A stretch of 64,000 nt of DNA, taken from the NCBI GenBank assembly GCA_016780995.1, contig JADHKZ010000001.1, positions 22,473-86,472 on the forward strand, written 5' to 3'. The notes below the pieces were generated by a model. The model did not search any database, was not told where the DNA came from, and saw only the letters and a list, made by a program, of their open reading frames with translations. Shown piece after piece: positions 62,005 through 64,000 of this stretch. Numbering within the stretch: the stretch's first letter is position 1; each line of letters opens with the position of its first letter. A program made the translations under genes and the position numbers. This DNA comes from Thermoleophilia bacterium. GTDB taxonomy: Bacteria > Actinomycetota > Thermoleophilia > Miltoncostaeales > Miltoncostaeaceae.

Positions 62005-62817
62005 GTGGCAGGTGACACCGTCCGCGCCGCGGTGGTGCAACTGCTGGCCGATGACGACACCCCGCGCAACATCGCCCGCGCGGGCGAGCTGGTGCAGGCC
62101 GCCGCCGTGTCGGGGGCCCAGGTGGTGGTGCTGCCCGAGAAGTGGAACTGGTGGGGGCCCGCGGCGCGAACGGCTGAGGGCGCAGAGGGATTGGACGGCC
62201 GGTCGCTCACCGCCGCGCGCGCGTGGGCGCGGGAGCTGGGGGTGGCCCTTGTGGCCGGCAGCATCCTCGAGGCCATCGGAGGTGGGTCGCGGGCCTACAA
62301 CACCAGCGTGGCCATCGCGCCCGACGGCCGTGATGTGGCCATCTACCGCAAGGTGCACCTGTTCGACGTGACGGTGGAGGGGCGCGAGTACCGCGAGTCG
62401 GCCACCGTGGAGCCCGGCGAGGCGCTGGCCACCGCCGCGCTCGCGGGCCTGCGCGTGGGGCTGAGCGTGTGTTACGACCTGCGCTTCCCCGAGCTGTACC
62501 GGCATCTGGTTGCATCGGGCGCCACGGCACTGGCGGTGCCCGCCAACTTCACGGTGCCCACGGGAGAGTCGCACTGGGAGGTGCTGCTGCGCGCCCGGGC
62601 GATAGAGGACCAGTGCTTCGTGCTGGCCGCGGGCCAGTGCGGGCAGCACGCCACCGGCGAGGGGGCGTATGGGCACTCCATGATCGTCGACCCCTGGGGC
62701 CGGGTGCTGGCGCAGGTGCCGGACGGCGAGGGGTTCGCGTGCGCGGATCTCGACCTCGGCGAGCAGCGCCGGGTGCGTGAGGGGCTGCCGGCGCTCGGGC
62801 ACCGGCGCCTCCCCTAA
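62005..62817 (+). CDS. carbon-nitrogen hydrolase (nitrilase superfamily)
   Basis: Glu-Lys-Cys triad contexts VVVLPEKW, IYRKVHLF and GLSVCYDLRFPE. Confidence 0.88.
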   Translation: MAGDTVRAAVVQLLADDDTPRNIARAGELVQAAAVSGAQVVVLPEKWNWWGPAARTAEGAEGLDGRSLTAARAWARELGVALVAGSILEAIGGGSRAYNTSVAIAPDGRDVAIYRKVHLFDVTVEGREYRESATVEPGEALATAALAGLRVGLSVCYDLRFPELYRHLVASGATALAVPANFTVPTGESHWEVLLRARAIEDQCFVLAAGQCGQHATGEGAYGHSMIVDPWGRVLAQVPDGEGFACADLDLGEQRRVREGLPALGHRRLP

Positions 62818-62828
62818 CCTCCCCGCCC

Positions 62829-64000
62829 GTGGAGCGACCCAAGCGCGGCGATGAGCTGGAACTGACGGTGGACGACCTGGCCTTCGGGGGCCGGGGCGTG
62901 GCACGTGCCAACGGCTTCGTGGTGTTCACCCCCGATACCGCGCCGGGCGACACCGCACGCGTGCGCATCCGCAAGGCGCGCCGCAGGTGGGGCGAGGCCG
63001 ACCTGGTGGAGGTGATGTCGCCGGGACCGGGACGCATCACCCCGCCCTGCGCGTTTGTTCCCGACTGCGGCGGTTGCCGCCTGCAGCATGTGGACTACGA
63101 CGTGGCGCTGGACGCCAAGCGGCGGCAGGTGGCCGAGCACCTGTCACGCATCGGGGGGCTCGACGGCGTTGACGTGCGGCCTGCCGACCCGGCGCTGGAG
63201 CGCTTCGGCTACCGCAACAAGATGGAGTACTCCGCCGCCCCCGGCCCGGACGGGCAGCTGCACCTGGGCTTCCACCGCCGCGGGCGGTGGGATGAGGTGA
63301 TCGACATCGACCCCTGCATGCTGGCCACGCCCACCGGCAACGTGGCGCGCGAGGCCGTGCGGCAGTGGGCGGTGGCGCAGGGGCTCACGGGCTTCGACCA
63401 GCGTGAGCACACCGGCTTCCTGCGCCACGTGGTGGTGCGCGAGGGGGTGCTCACCGGCCAGGTGCTGGTGACCATCGTCACCGCGCCGGGCCCGGATGAG
63501 GTGGTGGACCTGCTGGCCGACGGCCTTCCGTCGCAGGTGCCGGGCCTGGTGGGCATCGTGCATGCGGTGAACGACGGCATGTCGGAGGTGACGGCCGGGC
63601 TGCCCAGCCGTGTGGTGTGGGGGCGTGACTGGTTCGAGGAGATGGTGGAGGTGGAGCCCGGACGCCCGGTCACCCTGCGCCTGTCGGCCGGGTCGTTCTT
63701 CCAGACCAACTCGCGCATGACCGGGCACCTGTACCGCAGGGCGGCGGAGGCCGCGGGCCTTACCGGCGGCGAGGTGCTGTATGACCTCTTCAGCGGCGTC
63801 GGCAGCATCGGCATGGCGCTGGGCAGCCTGAGCAAGCACGTGGTGGCCATCGAACTGGTGCCCGAGGCCGTGGAGGACTCCCGCGGCAATGCCGAGCGCA
63901 ACGGAATCACCAACCACACGGCGCTGGCGGGTGACGTGCGCGTGGTGCTGCGCGAGAACCGGGGGCAGCTGCCGGAGCCCGACGTGGCGATAGTGGACCC
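62829..64000 (+). CDS. TRAM-domain 23S rRNA (uracil-5-)-methyltransferase, RumA/RlmD family (partial; 3' end beyond the window)
   Basis: My own translation from GTG at 62829 reads VERPKRGDELELTVDDLAFGGRGVARANGFVVFTP...CAFVPDCGGCRLQH...FFQTNSRM...LYDLFSGVGSIGMAL. It is missing from the ORF track because it runs off the end. Confidence 0.85.
   Translation, partial: MERPKRGDELELTVDDLAFGGRGVARANGFVVFTPDTAPGDTARVRIRKARRRWGEADLVEVMSPGPGRITPPCAFVPDCGGCRLQHVDYDVALDAKRRQVAEHLSRIGGLDGVDVRPADPALERFGYRNKMEYSAAPGPDGQLHLGFHRRGRWDEVIDIDPCMLATPTGNVAREAVRQWAVAQGLTGFDQREHTGFLRHVVVREGVLTGQVLVTIVTAPGPDEVVDLLADGLPSQVPGLVGIVHAVNDGMSEVTAGLPSRVVWGRDWFEEMVEVEPGRPVTLRLSAGSFFQTNSRMTGHLYRRAAEAAGLTGGEVLYDLFSGVGSIGMALGSLSKHVVAIELVPEAVEDSRGNAERNGITNHTALAGDVRVVLRENRGQLPEPDVAIVD

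Overview
Strongly GC-rich, Actinomycetota-like chromosome segment (third codon positions are almost all G/C). It is dominated by the translation and transcription super-cluster: rpmG, tRNA-Trp, secE, nusG, rplKAJL, rpoBC, rpsLG, fusA, tuf, then S10/spc/alpha from rpsJ to rplQ, then truA. Many junctions overlap by 1 or 4 nt. The cluster is interrupted in unusual places. Two tandem subtilisin-like (S8) peptidases plus two small ORFs sit between rplL and rpoB. A four-gene envelope set, including an orphan EcfT-like gene, sits between rpoC and rpsL. An antisense 2.7-kb FAD/Fe-S oxidoreductase separates fusA from tuf. A secreted protein lies between rplQ and truA, and infA is absent between map and rpmJ. 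The flanks carry a partial methylmalonyl-CoA mutase, an amidase, pgsA-plsY, a vapBC-(thioredoxin-domain)-BolA-Grx-FolE2 string, a J-domain protein, an acyl-CoA ligase, surE, a HAD hydrolase, ligA, dacB, tRNA-Pro, and CoA-binding, NifU-like, nitrilase-family and RumA-family genes. The most interesting signal is a ~110-nt element present twice (4020-4132 and 55773-55881). It has two identical 27-nt blocks and hairpins that differ in sequence but keep their pairing, and I do not recognise it as a known RNA family. Three essential genes (rplJ, adk, ligA) have no usable ATG/GTG/TTG start and seem to begin at CTG or ATA. I saw no rRNA, CRISPR array, transposase or integrase.
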